DNA of 64,000 nt from an uncultured Bacteroidales bacterium (GCA_963789465.1 CAWBLL010000016.1:135544-199543), one strand, 5' to 3'; counted from the first letter of the stretch, positions 19,502-29,744 are shown. Numbers and translations are program-made. Notes: a model not told the origin generated them from the letters alone.

Positions 19502-22180
19502 TCATTTATTATCAGTTTCTATCTTATAATTATAAAGGAACCTGTCAGTACCGCCGACAATAAGGTGCCATCCGCTTTTATCCGATAATTTCCCGATTGA
19601 GAACATTGATGCTCCCCTGAGAGGAAATCCTTCAATGGTCTTACCCTGCTTGTCTATCAGGTATATGAGTTTCTTATTCACATCAAATATTCCAATCTTC
19701 CTGTTGGTACCCGAAAAAATAAAATTAATCGGCCCCCCAAGGTTTTCCGAATCAAAATCTCTTGAAAATATCTTTGCCCGATCATGGCTGTAAAGATACA
19801 ATACACCTTTGTCAATAAAAATATATTCACCAAATCCATCCCCGTTCACATCAAAAATGTCGAAGGAATGTTCAGGTGAAAACTTCCCGAGACTGAACTT
19901 CCGTACCGTGCCGTCGAAATAAATATGCTGTACGGTCCCGTCAGGCGCCGAACAAACAACAGACTGCTCAGATCCGGGTGTAAGGCGCATTGCAGACCCT
20001 TTTGCCCTCGTCACAGCCTGACTGAGATTAAGCCTTTTGTTTCCCCTGCGGTCAAGAAAATATATTGAATAATCATCAGAGGCTACAATATAATCCTTGC
20101 CGGACACTTTAAAATAATCTATCTCATGTTCAACCGTTCCGGCTGTTCTGAAAGGTTTCCAACCTTTTACCACACTCCCGGTCTTGTCATAGGAATAGAT
20201 CATCTTATCTTCACCAGCAATAAACAGCCTGTAATCAAGATTATTATCATAATCAAAAATCGCAAGGGAATTGGTTGCGGGTGATCTCAGCCTTACCGGA
20301 TAGCGCTCCACATAGTTGCCATTTCTGTCAAGAAGATGCAGGAAATCCTTACCTGAAAACAATAACTGATATTTGCCATTCCTGAAATAATCTATCATGT
20401 AAATATTGCCGGTTATCCTTTCATTGAGGGGGACTTTCCATAATACCCTCCCAGCGGCATTTATCAGATAGGTATTATTATTCAGATCCTGAATAAAAAT
20501 CTCCTTCGCTCCTGTTATATGATTAGTAAAAAAGAATGGTTTTATTGCTGCAACAGTATCGAGAAGAGTTTCCCATTCTGTGGTTGATTCCTCCCTTGCC
20601 TCCTCCTTGTACCTTAATGATAAGCTGTTATACACCATTCCGTTACTCGATGCCAGTTGATAGCCTGCTGCCTGCAATTTATTGAGAGAGCTTTTATTGG
20701 ATTTCAATACTTCAATAATATCCTCATTCAGGAATTGTGACAGGTAGTTGATGAGCCTGGAAGGAACACAGTAAAAGAAGTAACTCGCCCTGCTGGGCAG
20801 TGTATTTTCAAAATCGCGGTAGATGAGGTCATTCGCCAATGTCTTCTTAAGAAGATTATCATATAATAATCTGGAAACTGTAATATAAGAGCTGCCTGAA
20901 ATCATGTAGTTATCATCAAATGCGAAATATCTTTCCTCAATCCCCGGATCAAAGCCCGGTTTCACCATTCCGCTCAATCCTGCAAAATGGGTGTTGTAAA
21001 CAGGAAGTCTAACCTGATCATCAGGTTCAAAATAATCTATCTCCGGGTTTGGACCCAGTTCTTCAAGAAATATCTGTTCGGCCCTGTCCCTGTTGGACAG
21101 CTCATATACCACAAGATAATTTTTGGCTATCGGCTGGTTCTTGATATCTACAAGTGCCCTTGTAATTTCTTCTCCGGTATATTCCTTCAGTCGCTCAGCC
21201 AGATGGTTTGATTTTCCAAGACCTGAGGCATCCGGATGAACGATCTTATCCGGCCCTGGAAGAATAAAAGTCTCAAACAGGATTGTGGAGGATGGTAGAA
21301 TTTTATAGTTATTCAGCTCCTTCGGAGTCAAAAACTTGAATTTGTAAAGATAATCCGTGGAATCAGTGCTCTCCATGTACCCGCTGAGAACAAGTCCATT
21401 TTCATTTATATAGATATCACTCCCTGCTGTGCCTGCAAGTTTCGGTATCTTTGCCGCAAGGTTCTGCTTTCCTGATGAAAGGCATTTTCTGATGACTTCA
21501 GGAAGGTTTGAAAATACTATAAAGATCTTGTCAGCATTCTTTCCCGATGCCATATGAACCCGCGTAAAGCCAGGCATATCCCTTATGTCATTTGATTTTG
21601 TAATTTGAGCCACAGCTTTTTCCGCTTCAGCCATAGATGTGCTGCATAGCAATAAGCCCGACGTAAGAGAGAGATAAACAGTGTCTTTCTGATTATTCAC
21701 ATCGAAGGGAAGGCTGATAAAATCATTGGCTCCTGAACTGTTCTCTGTAATATTATTTATCCCTGTGGAATGCAGGATATCCTTTAAATGACGGCTCCTT
21801 ATGGCATCAGGCAGACTGACAATCAGAAGGGGCTTAAGCCTGCCTTCCTCATCAGGAGTGAATGAAATCAGAACAGTTCCGCCATCCAGCAGCTCAGTAT
21901 ATCCCGGTTTATTCAGCTGGTCGGCAAGAAACTGAAGCTTAATCTTAAAAGTTTCAATTTCCTTTATTTTCTCTACTTCTCCGAATAAACCCTTCCCTGT
22001 AGTAAGTGAATTGAGAAAACTCTGAAGATCTACAGTTTCAATAATGATACATGCTGACGGTGTAATCGCCTTGAAAGGATCTGTAAGCAATCGTTTTCTT
22101 CCCTGCTGGATATAATAACCCAGGATTGCCAGACTGATAAACAGGATTATAACAGAGAATATAGCTACCCTTTTTCCCAA
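19502..22180 (-). CDS. large membrane-anchored hypothetical protein with a repeat/propeller-like C-terminal half
   Basis: 892 aa, TTG start, N-terminal TM (VAIFSVIILFISLAILGYY). The C-terminal half has FG-GAP-like segments (FDVNGDGFGEYIFID, LAIFDYDNNLDYRLFIAG). Confidence 0.6.
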   Translation of the reverse strand: MGKRVAIFSVIILFISLAILGYYIQQGRKRLLTDPFKAITPSACIIIETVDLQSFLNSLTTGKGLFGEVEKIKEIETFKIKLQFLADQLNKPGYTELLDGGTVLISFTPDEEGRLKPLLIVSLPDAIRSRHLKDILHSTGINNITENSSGANDFISLPFDVNNQKDTVYLSLTSGLLLCSTSMAEAEKAVAQITKSNDIRDMPGFTRVHMASGKNADKIFIVFSNLPEVIRKCLSSGKQNLAAKIPKLAGTAGSDIYINENGLVLSGYMESTDSTDYLYKFKFLTPKELNNYKILPSSTILFETFILPGPDKIVHPDASGLGKSNHLAERLKEYTGEEITRALVDIKNQPIAKNYLVVYELSNRDRAEQIFLEELGPNPEIDYFEPDDQVRLPVYNTHFAGLSGMVKPGFDPGIEERYFAFDDNYMISGSSYITVSRLLYDNLLKKTLANDLIYRDFENTLPSRASYFFYCVPSRLINYLSQFLNEDIIEVLKSNKSSLNKLQAAGYQLASSNGMVYNSLSLRYKEEAREESTTEWETLLDTVAAIKPFFFTNHITGAKEIFIQDLNNNTYLINAAGRVLWKVPLNERITGNIYMIDYFRNGKYQLLFSGKDFLHLLDRNGNYVERYPVRLRSPATNSLAIFDYDNNLDYRLFIAGEDKMIYSYDKTGSVVKGWKPFRTAGTVEHEIDYFKVSGKDYIVASDDYSIYFLDRRGNKRLNLSQAVTRAKGSAMRLTPGSEQSVVCSAPDGTVQHIYFDGTVRKFSLGKFSPEHSFDIFDVNGDGFGEYIFIDKGVLYLYSHDRAKIFSRDFDSENLGGPINFIFSGTNRKIGIFDVNKKLIYLIDKQGKTIEGFPLRGASMFSIGKLSDKSGWHLIVGGTDRFLYNYKIETDNK

Positions 22181-22208
22181 AATGAGACAGTTTTTATTTG
22201 TTTTTTCT

Positions 22209-22216
22209 CAAAATTA
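22209..22216 (-). promoter_or_regulatory. candidate -7 promoter element (TAnnTTTG)
   Basis: The minus strand reads TAATTTTG, 28 nt upstream of the start at 22180. Confidence 0.35.
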
Positions 22217-22281
22217 ACAAATAAAAGATTAATCTGCCTGATTTTAGTGCACTGGAATTAGAAGTGAATAGCTCCTGCCTC

Positions 22282-23868
22282 TTAAGCCTCTTCCGTAACT
22301 TTCCATCCTATCGCCTCAGCCAGTCCATAAACCGGTTCCTTCAGGTCACCATAAAAAGTTACCCTGTGCCAGCCCCATTTGTCCCACATTGTGAAAAGCT
22401 TTTCAATATCTCCTATCGGCTCAGCACACAGCTTGGTTCTGCAAGCACGGTCATCCGGATCATTATCAACAGCTATTGCCTGGTGGAACAGTATCTCCTT
22501 CTTATCTTTATCGATCTCCAGAGTGGTGGTCATGTAATTTACCGGCAGTATTGACCTTACTGAAGCACCGCTCCTGTCTTCGGAATGGGTCATAATATGA
22601 AAAGGATTGACAGGCCCCTGTGGACCGAATGCTTTGTTTGAAGCCACACAATGTGAATAGATAATTTGTCGCCTTGAAGTATCCAGAACGGGATCTGAGA
22701 TATATCCGGGCCTGCCACCTGTCATCGTTGTAAAAGCAAGCATGGTGGCAGTTGACCTTATGTCGCATTCACATGCTCCAACAAGTCCCTCATTGTTCAA
22801 TTCATGGAAACCCAGACAGGGATAAGCATGAATATGCCCCCCATAAAAGCCTCCAAGGCAATTTATGGTAATTGCTCCGGCTTCATGATCCTTAAGTACC
22901 GATTTCATACCAAGATACATGGCTGCAGAGGTAAGCAGCGTTTCATCTGAAACTCCTGTTATAGCTACTGCAGTCTTTTTCCATCGTTCAACGATAATGG
23001 CAGATTCATCCTTATCTGCATTTTTCCAGGCGTTATTTACTTCAGCAAATGGAATATATTCGAGCGGTATGCCCATTAGTGGTTCCGCTGTTTCAGCTTT
23101 CTGATCCTTTACCGCGAGGATCCTGGATTTCGAAAGACGGTTGAGTGTCTCTTCAGGAGAAAGGGCTGTTATTGAATTTTCAGACGGAGAATAATTTCCG
23201 GCAGGCTGACAGGTGCTTAATCGTGTTTTTGTTACTGCCTCTGCAAATCCATTGGCTGTTCCGCCGTCCCGCATCAGTTTAAAACACGTCACTGCAGACA
23301 GAAGATCTTCAATACGGGAGGAAGCAACAAAACCTACATTCCCTGTTTTATTGCGAAGGAAGGCAGAAGTGTAAACAAGAAATCCTCCGCTCCCTCCAAA
23401 CTGATAATCAACATAGAGTACCGGTTTTCCTGTCTTTGCAACGCTCTGCACCACCTGGTTCCAGCAGTTCATCTGAAAAACGATATATCCGTCAATATTT
23501 TCCAGGCTATCCCGGGATAAGATCTTTTCTGCATCTTCAGGTCCCCTGGCCAGTCCCGGCAAAAATTCAAAATCCGGAAAATTCTTGGTAAGCGCCATGT
23601 TGAACCTGGTCATTGCAGGATTGAAATCAAATCCAATATTAGGCCAGTCAGGCTGACCCTGGACAGGAGCATGAAGTGAATAAAGAACACGGATCTTCAT
23701 ATTCCCCATCACTTTTCCCGAAAAGGATGATGAATTGAGAAATCCCATTGGTGCCAGGGCAGCACAGGCAGCACAGGCGGAGCATGAAGAGATAAAATTT
23801 CTTCTTGTAAAACAGTTCCCATTTCTCGATTTAAGATTGACGGAATAATCAGGGGTTATGGTTTTCAT
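22282..23868 (-). CDS. hypothetical protein with a twin-arginine-like signal; C-terminal part resembles the L-fucose/arabinose isomerase-like fold (tentative)
   Basis: 528 aa. TRRNFISSCSACAACAALAP at the N-terminus; the ...NCLGG...PCLGFHELNNEGLVGACECDIRSTATML pattern is isomerase-like. Confidence 0.4.
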   Translation of the reverse strand: MKTITPDYSVNLKSRNGNCFTRRNFISSCSACAACAALAPMGFLNSSSFSGKVMGNMKIRVLYSLHAPVQGQPDWPNIGFDFNPAMTRFNMALTKNFPDFEFLPGLARGPEDAEKILSRDSLENIDGYIVFQMNCWNQVVQSVAKTGKPVLYVDYQFGGSGGFLVYTSAFLRNKTGNVGFVASSRIEDLLSAVTCFKLMRDGGTANGFAEAVTKTRLSTCQPAGNYSPSENSITALSPEETLNRLSKSRILAVKDQKAETAEPLMGIPLEYIPFAEVNNAWKNADKDESAIIVERWKKTAVAITGVSDETLLTSAAMYLGMKSVLKDHEAGAITINCLGGFYGGHIHAYPCLGFHELNNEGLVGACECDIRSTATMLAFTTMTGGRPGYISDPVLDTSRRQIIYSHCVASNKAFGPQGPVNPFHIMTHSEDRSGASVRSILPVNYMTTTLEIDKDKKEILFHQAIAVDNDPDDRACRTKLCAEPIGDIEKLFTMWDKWGWHRVTFYGDLKEPVYGLAEAIGWKVTEEA

Positions 23869-24087
23869 GGCATTTGAAATATTTAAATAAACTCTTTACG
23901 AAGGGTAAGAAGTTATTAAATATACAAAATATTACAGACTAACAAGCTATTCGGAAGTTTATAGCTCTAATGGTTTTTACTGTAAGAAGCAAATCTGTTT
24001 AGATCAATTCAGATCAATTTGGCACGCTATTTGATCTTATATCAGAAATACCAGCAATCTCAATCATATACTTGATCTTTCAAGGTC

Positions 24088-24109
24088 AGCCAGGCTAACA
24101 AGCCTGGCT
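24088..24109. terminator. hairpin immediately after the trpS stop codon
   Basis: AGCCAGGCT-AACA-AGCCTGGCT (9-bp stem). The T-tract (24110-24116) is on the plus side only, so termination of minus-strand trpS is uncertain. Confidence 0.3.
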
Positions 24110-24113
24110 TTTT

Positions 24114-25110
24114 TTATTGAATGAAAGGCCTGTATCCTATTATCTGCCTGACTTCACGGATTGTCTTCGCAGCACTTGCCCTTGCCTTTTCTGCCCCCTC
24201 TGCAACCACTTTTGCCAGGTACTTGTTATCAGCACTGATCTCTGATATTTTTTCCCTTATGGGCTCAGTGAATTTAATTATATCTTCAGCAAGCTGCTTT
24301 TTCATATCCCCGTATCTTATCTCACATAAGGAATGCTTTTCCTTGAAATATTTTAGAGTTTCCTGATCTGAAACAACACTCATAATAGTAAACAGATTAT
24401 TTACCGGTTCAGAAGGTGTCTCATTTTGTTCTGCCGGACCTGTATCAGTTACAGCTCTCATAACTTTTTTTCTGATCTCACCGGGGCGTATCGGCAAGAA
24501 AGATCCCATTCCCTTCGCTTTTACCCATCTTTCCTGTTCCATCGAGACCAGGGATCTTAACCAGCTGTTTCCCGAAATTATAGGCATCGGGTTCAGGAAA
24601 ATAGTCAACACCATACATGGTATTGAATCTTCTTGCAAATCTCCTGGTCATTTCAAGATGCTGTTCCTGGTCTTTCCCTACCGGTACCTTGTTGGCCTTA
24701 TGAATTATTATATCGGCTGCCATTAATACCGGATAAGTGAGCAACCCGGCATTAATATTATCCGGCTGCTTTCTTATCTTCTCCTTGAATGAAGTTGTTC
24801 TTTCAAGTTCCCCAACATAGGCATTCATATTGAGAAGGAGGTAGAGTTCTGATACTTCAGGCACATCGCTCTGGATAAAAACAGTTGCAATCTCAGGGTC
24901 AATGCCGCAGGCAAGGTACTCCGCCAGCACCTGTCTTATATTTCCGTGAAGATCGTCAGGGTGGGGATGGGTAGTCAGGGCATGATAATCAGCTATGAAA
25001 AAAAAACAATTATTCTCCGTCTGCATTTTCAGAAAGTTCCTGATAGCACCAAAATAATTTCCCAGGTGAAGATTACCTGTCGATCTGATACCACTGACTA
25101 CTGTGTCCAT
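24114..25110 (-). pseudogene. trpS: tryptophan--tRNA ligase, split by an apparent 1-nt insertion in a C4 run (plus-strand GGGG at 24483-24486)
   Basis: Fragment 1 (25110..24478) has GNLHLGNY and KMGKSEGNGIFLADTPR*. Fragment 2 continues EIRKKVMRAVTDTG.... Removing one C gives ...ADTPGEIRKKVM.... Confidence 0.85.
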
Positions 25111-25135
25111 TGCTTTAATTTATAAAAATCAAGCG

Positions 25136-25143
25136 CAAAGCTA
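25136..25143 (-). promoter_or_regulatory. candidate -7 promoter element (TAnnTTTG)
   Basis: The minus strand reads TAGCTTTG, 25 nt upstream of the trpS ATG. Confidence 0.35.
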
Positions 25144-25239
25144 ATAAAAAAGGTGTTATGGCACAACGACTCATCCATCAGGGTTAACAAGGCGGAACCA
25201 TAAAGAGCTCATGCCATTATACCGTTTATCCTTTTTTAT

Positions 25240-25247
25240 TACCTTTG
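25240..25247 (+). promoter_or_regulatory. candidate -7 promoter element (TAnnTTTG)
   Basis: TACCTTTG lies 19 nt upstream of the rbfA ATG. Confidence 0.4.
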
Positions 25248-25266
25248 CCGCATAATATATAGGGCC

Positions 25267-25606
25267 ATGGAATCAACAAGACAGAAAAAAGTATCACGAC
25301 TAATTCAAAAAGAGCTGGCCGACATCTTTCTCAAGAGAGGAAATGAATTCGCACACGGGAAACTGGTCTCAATAACAAGGGTAAGAATCAGTCCCGATCT
25401 ATCTTTTGCAAAAGTCTATATAAGTATCTTCCCGGCAACAAACCAGGATGATATACTTCATTCTATACAGGATCACAGCTTCAAAAATAAGGTTTGATCT
25501 GGGTCATAAAGTCAGATCTCAGCTTCGTATTGTGCCGGATATTGCATTTCATATCGATGACAGCCTCGACTATATTGATAAAATTGATAAGCTGCTGAAA
25601 TCCTGA
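25267..25606 (+). pseudogene. rbfA: ribosome-binding factor A, interrupted by an apparent 1-nt insertion in an A5 run (25483-25487)
   Basis: The listed ORF stops at 25497 after ...IQDHSFKNKV*. The +1 frame continues KIRFDLGHKVRSQLRIVPDIAFHIDDSLDYIDKIDKLLKS*, the typical RbfA C-terminus. The span is 340 nt (3n+1). Confidence 0.8.
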
Positions 25607-25609
25607 TAT

Positions 25610-26419
25610 ATGCAATACGAACCTATTAAAAGATCTGTAAGCAGATTCTTCACGGGTCCTCCCGCCATGAGAAAAATTCTCTATGTACTGCTCGACCTGC
25701 TCCTGCTGCGCACCTGGCATGTAAAGAGAGCGTTGAGAAAAATAGCTGTTAAATACCCCGGGCACGCTTCTGTACTGGATGCAGGATCCGGATTCGGCCA
25801 GTATACATGGCGCATGAGCCGGATGAACACACTGTGGAAGATCAAAGCAATCGATATAAACTCCGAACATACAGAAGATTGCAGAAAGTTTTTCGGTAAA
25901 GCAGGACTCGCAAACAGAGTGGCCTTTGAGACAGGTGATCTCACAAACCTGGATGATCACAAAGCCTATAACATAATCCTCTCTGTTGATGTAATGGAGC
26001 ATATAGAAGAGGACGTGAGGGTATTCCGGAATTTTCACAATGCACTGAAGGATGATGGCATTTTACTTATATCTACTCCCTCCGACCAGGGAGGATCCGA
26101 TGTTCACAATGAAGAGGAGGAGTCATTCATTGATGAGCATGTCAGGGACGGTTACAGCATCAGCGATATTACTGAAAAACTGTCTGCCGCCGGCTTCAGA
26201 AATATTGAAGCTTCATATACCTACGGCAGACCCGGAAATATCTCATGGCGGCTTTCAATGAAATACCCGGTAATGATGCTTAATTTCTCCTACCTGTTTT
26301 TCATTGTACTTCCCGTTTATTATCTCATTGTTTTCCCGGTTTCGGTTGTCCTTAACTTCTTGGACCTTTATTCAACACACCAGACCGGAACAGGATTGCT
26401 TGTCATTGCCAGAAAGTAA
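25610..26419 (+). CDS. class I SAM-dependent methyltransferase with a C-terminal membrane segment
   Basis: 269 aa. VLDAGSGFGQY (motif I) and ILSVDVMEHI. Confidence 0.75.
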   Translation: MQYEPIKRSVSRFFTGPPAMRKILYVLLDLLLLRTWHVKRALRKIAVKYPGHASVLDAGSGFGQYTWRMSRMNTLWKIKAIDINSEHTEDCRKFFGKAGLANRVAFETGDLTNLDDHKAYNIILSVDVMEHIEEDVRVFRNFHNALKDDGILLISTPSDQGGSDVHNEEEESFIDEHVRDGYSISDITEKLSAAGFRNIEASYTYGRPGNISWRLSMKYPVMMLNFSYLFFIVLPVYYLIVFPVSVVLNFLDLYSTHQTGTGLLVIARK

Positions 26420-26425
26420 GAAAGA

Positions 26426-27646
26426 GTGAAGCTCTCATTATATATAGCAAAAAGATACCTGCTCGCAAAAAAATCGCGAAACGCTATAAATGTGATATCC
26501 GGCGTTTCCATAGCAGGTGTTGCCGTGGGTACTATGGCCCTGATAATCATCCTGTCTGTGTTTAACGGACTGGAAACAATGGTGAGATCAATATTCAATA
26601 CTTTTGACCCTGATATAAAGATCACTGCTGCTGTAGGTAAAACTTTCGTCCCCGATTCATCCCGGCTGAAAATGCTGGCAAATGTTGAAGGGGTATCCTG
26701 CTATTCACTGACACTTGAGGAAAATGCACTTCTTAAATATGGTGACCGTCAGTATCTGGCTACGATTAAAGGCGTCGACGATAATTATACAAAAGTGACC
26801 GACATTGACAGCTCAATGTGGGAGGGTGACTTCACTCTCATGTCGGAGCGGGGAAGACCATATGCAATACCTGGCGTCGGAGTGGCTCAATCATTGGGTA
26901 TAAGGGTTAACTTTATCACTCCCCTGAATATTTATGTGCCACGAAGAGAAGGCAATGCAACTGATGCGGAAAATGCTTTCAACAGAAAGTTTATCTTCCC
27001 TTCCGGCATTTTCCAGATTGAAAAAGAATACGATTCCAAATATGTATATATCCCTCTTGAATTTGCCCGTGAGCTGACAGAAATTGATGATGGAGTGACA
27101 GCCATAGAAATCAAATTCAAGGAAAATGCAAATGGCGGATCAGTAGAGAAAAAAATAAAGAAGATCTATGATAAAGGATTCCTGGTAAGGAACAGGTATG
27201 AACAACAGGAGATCTTTTACAAAGTGATGCAGGCTGAAAGACTGGCGATATTTTTTATTCTCACTCTGATACTTACTATAGCTTCATTCAATATCATAGG
27301 ATCGCTGACCATGCTCATAATCGAGAAGGAAAGAGATATTGAAATACTCAAGAGCCTGGGTGCCAACAGCGACCTTATCAGGAAGATATTTATTATTGAA
27401 GGATGGATGATCTCAATTGTGGGGGCAGCAATGGGTGTTATTCTTGGATTCATTATCTGCTGGGCACAACAGACTTTCGGAATCGTCAAACTCCAGAGCG
27501 AGACACTGATAATGGATGCATATCCTATTGTCATGAAGCTGAAGGATTTCATTATCGTACCTTCCACTGTTCTGCTTATAGGATACTGGGCCGCCTGGTA
27601 TCCGGTGAGGTTTCTTACCAGGAAATTCCTTAACAAGGAAGTATGA
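26426..27646 (+). CDS. FtsX-like ABC transporter permease (LolC/E family)
   Basis: 406 aa with a GTG start. MKLSLYIAKRYLLAKKSRNAINVIS is the typical LolE N-terminus; the FtsX domain is C-terminal. Confidence 0.8.
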   Translation: MKLSLYIAKRYLLAKKSRNAINVISGVSIAGVAVGTMALIIILSVFNGLETMVRSIFNTFDPDIKITAAVGKTFVPDSSRLKMLANVEGVSCYSLTLEENALLKYGDRQYLATIKGVDDNYTKVTDIDSSMWEGDFTLMSERGRPYAIPGVGVAQSLGIRVNFITPLNIYVPRREGNATDAENAFNRKFIFPSGIFQIEKEYDSKYVYIPLEFARELTEIDDGVTAIEIKFKENANGGSVEKKIKKIYDKGFLVRNRYEQQEIFYKVMQAERLAIFFILTLILTIASFNIIGSLTMLIIEKERDIEILKSLGANSDLIRKIFIIEGWMISIVGAAMGVILGFIICWAQQTFGIVKLQSETLIMDAYPIVMKLKDFIIVPSTVLLIGYWAAWYPVRFLTRKFLNKEV

Positions 27647-27712
27647 GAATCATTGCTATCTTTAGTTTCTGAACCAAAATACTGATAAAACAGATACTAA
27701 TTATCCCGCCAA

Positions 27713-28486
27713 ATGATCAGGTATATATTATTTTCATTTTTCACAATCTCTCTGGTTTTTGCCTCATGCGAAAGCAGAAGAACCAGGCTTGACCGGAAAA
27801 ACCTGATACCTGAAAATGAGCTTGTACCCATACTGATGGATATTTACCTCACTGACGGAATCCTGGGAATGCCCCGGATCACAATGAAATATCCGCCCGT
27901 TGACTCCATTTCTACCTATACCAATGTGATCGGGAAACACGGTTACACCAAGGAAGATCTGGATAGGACACTTAAATACTATTTTATTAAAAATCCAAAA
28001 AAACTTATAAAAATATACGACAGGGTGCTCAGTAAGCTTAGTGTAATGGAATCGCTTGTCCAGAAAGAAAATCTCATGACCAGGGCAAATGCAGGTAACC
28101 TGTGGCCGGGACTGGAGAGCTATTCTTTCCCGGATCCTGCAGGAACAGATTCCACTGAATTCGATGTCACTTTCAAACAATCGGGTTACTATATTCTATC
28201 GGCCAGTATAACCCTTTTTCCTGATGATCAGACACTCAATCCCCGGCTGGTTGCATTTTCATGCAATGCCGATAGTATGGAAACAGGAAAAAGGCACTAT
28301 ATCAAACCTGTATGTTATATAAAAGATGGCCAGGAACACAAATACAATGTGACATTCTCCGTCGCTCCCAAATCAAGGATCCGGATAAAGGGGTCTCTTT
28401 ATGAATTTGACAACTGCCCCGATGATTGGGGAAAGCATGTTGTCATACAGAATATTTCGTTAGTACATTCCCTGGTTGAATTATGA
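27713..28486 (+). CDS. DUF4296-like lipoprotein
   Basis: 257 aa. Lipobox (LVFASC) followed by IPENELVPILMDIYLTDG. Confidence 0.5.
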   Translation: MIRYILFSFFTISLVFASCESRRTRLDRKNLIPENELVPILMDIYLTDGILGMPRITMKYPPVDSISTYTNVIGKHGYTKEDLDRTLKYYFIKNPKKLIKIYDRVLSKLSVMESLVQKENLMTRANAGNLWPGLESYSFPDPAGTDSTEFDVTFKQSGYYILSASITLFPDDQTLNPRLVAFSCNADSMETGKRHYIKPVCYIKDGQEHKYNVTFSVAPKSRIRIKGSLYEFDNCPDDWGKHVVIQNISLVHSLVEL

Positions 28487-29658
28487 ACCATTTCTCCGCC
28501 CAGTACATAATAACCAATGCCGGATCTCCATTAAAAAGAGGCATAATATCAGCCGGGACCGACGGTACTATAGTTAATATTGAAGATACTTCCGGCAACC
28601 TGAAGGAGAAGAGATCAGTTGAATTTCATAATGGTATAATAATCCCCGGATTTGTGAACTCCCATTGCCATCTGGAATTGTCACATCTGAAGGGAGCGAT
28701 AGCCCCTGGCAAAGGACTGACAGAGTTTATAGACAAGGTCAGGAACAGGAGGGCCGCCACGGCTGACAGCATTTTAAGCGCTGCAAGAACTGCTGATCAG
28801 GATATGTATAATGCAGGAGTGAATGTTTGTGCGGATATCTGTAATACCCCGGTTACCTTCAGCTTAAAAAAAGAGGGCAGAATAAAATACATAAATCTTC
28901 TTGAAGTATTCGGGATCGACCCTTTGAAGGCTGACCGCAGAATGGACGAGCTCATGAAACTTTCAGAGATTGCCAGTGAAGAGGATCTTGACTTCTGCCT
29001 TGTGCCCCATTCTGTTTATTCCCTGTCACTGCCACTTTTCAGGCTTCTCAGAAAGGAAACCAAAAATAACAGGGTTACCTCCATACATTTTATGGAAAAT
29101 CCCGGAGAAGCTGATCTTGTTGAGAGACATAGCGGAACAATGATGGACTCCTACATCGGGGCAGGTTTAATATCATCCGGAATCGAGACGGTCACAAGCC
29201 ATTCAGATGCAGTTCTTAACGAGATCACCCTCAGCGGTAATCTGTTGCTTGTACATAACACCTATGCAGACAGGGATAGCATCAATAAAGTAAAAGTAAG
29301 GGACAATCTATTCTGGTGCCTCTGCCCCGGATCAAATATTTATATTGAAAACAAAATTCCTCCGGTTGACCTTCTGATGGAAGAAGGTTGCGACATCATC
29401 ATCGGTACCGACAGCCTGGCGTCGAACAGTAAACTTGACATACTTGGGGAACTCAAGACACTTCAGTTGCATTTCCCCCATCTTTGCATTCCGGAGCTTG
29501 TCAGGTGGGCAACATTTAATGGTGCCAGAGCCCTTGGAATGGAGAAGGAATACGGGAAAATTGAGACGGGTAAAAAACCCGGTCTTCTTCTGCTTCAAAA
29601 TGTCGATCTGCAAAATATGAAGTTATTGCCTGAAAGTTTTGTAACCCGATTAATATGA
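28483..29658 (+). CDS. amidohydrolase family protein (metal-dependent deaminase/chlorohydrolase-like)
   Basis: 391 aa. IIIPGFVNSHCHLELS metal-binding motif and a GTDSLASN segment. Confidence 0.75.
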   Translation: MNHFSAQYIITNAGSPLKRGIISAGTDGTIVNIEDTSGNLKEKRSVEFHNGIIIPGFVNSHCHLELSHLKGAIAPGKGLTEFIDKVRNRRAATADSILSAARTADQDMYNAGVNVCADICNTPVTFSLKKEGRIKYINLLEVFGIDPLKADRRMDELMKLSEIASEEDLDFCLVPHSVYSLSLPLFRLLRKETKNNRVTSIHFMENPGEADLVERHSGTMMDSYIGAGLISSGIETVTSHSDAVLNEITLSGNLLLVHNTYADRDSINKVKVRDNLFWCLCPGSNIYIENKIPPVDLLMEEGCDIIIGTDSLASNSKLDILGELKTLQLHFPHLCIPELVRWATFNGARALGMEKEYGKIETGKKPGLLLLQNVDLQNMKLLPESFVTRLI

Positions 29659-29699
29659 ACTTACTACAGCTCCCCAAAGATTTGAATATAACAGATTTA

Positions 29700-29728
29700 A
29701 CCTCCCTTTAGAGGGGAAGGGGCGCAAA
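29700..29728. repeat. degenerate half-copy of the C-tract/TTTA/G-tract element family seen at 44657-44741
   Basis: ACCTCCCTTTAGAGGGGAAGGGGCGCAAA versus ACCCCCCTTTAGGGGGGCAGGGGGGCAAA at 44711-44739. They match at 25 of 29 positions by eye. Confidence 0.5.
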
Positions 29729-29744
29729 CTTCATCAAATATTGT

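Noticed and set aside
24020-24035. A sigma-54-like TGGCAC-N5-TTGA motif on the plus strand.
   Set aside because: The -12 element is TTGA rather than TTGC. The next plus-strand gene is more than 1.2 kb away, beyond minus-strand trpS.
25481-26038. A 185-aa minus-strand ORF.
   Set aside because: It is antisense to the well-supported methyltransferase and to the rbfA 3' end, with no recognisable motifs.
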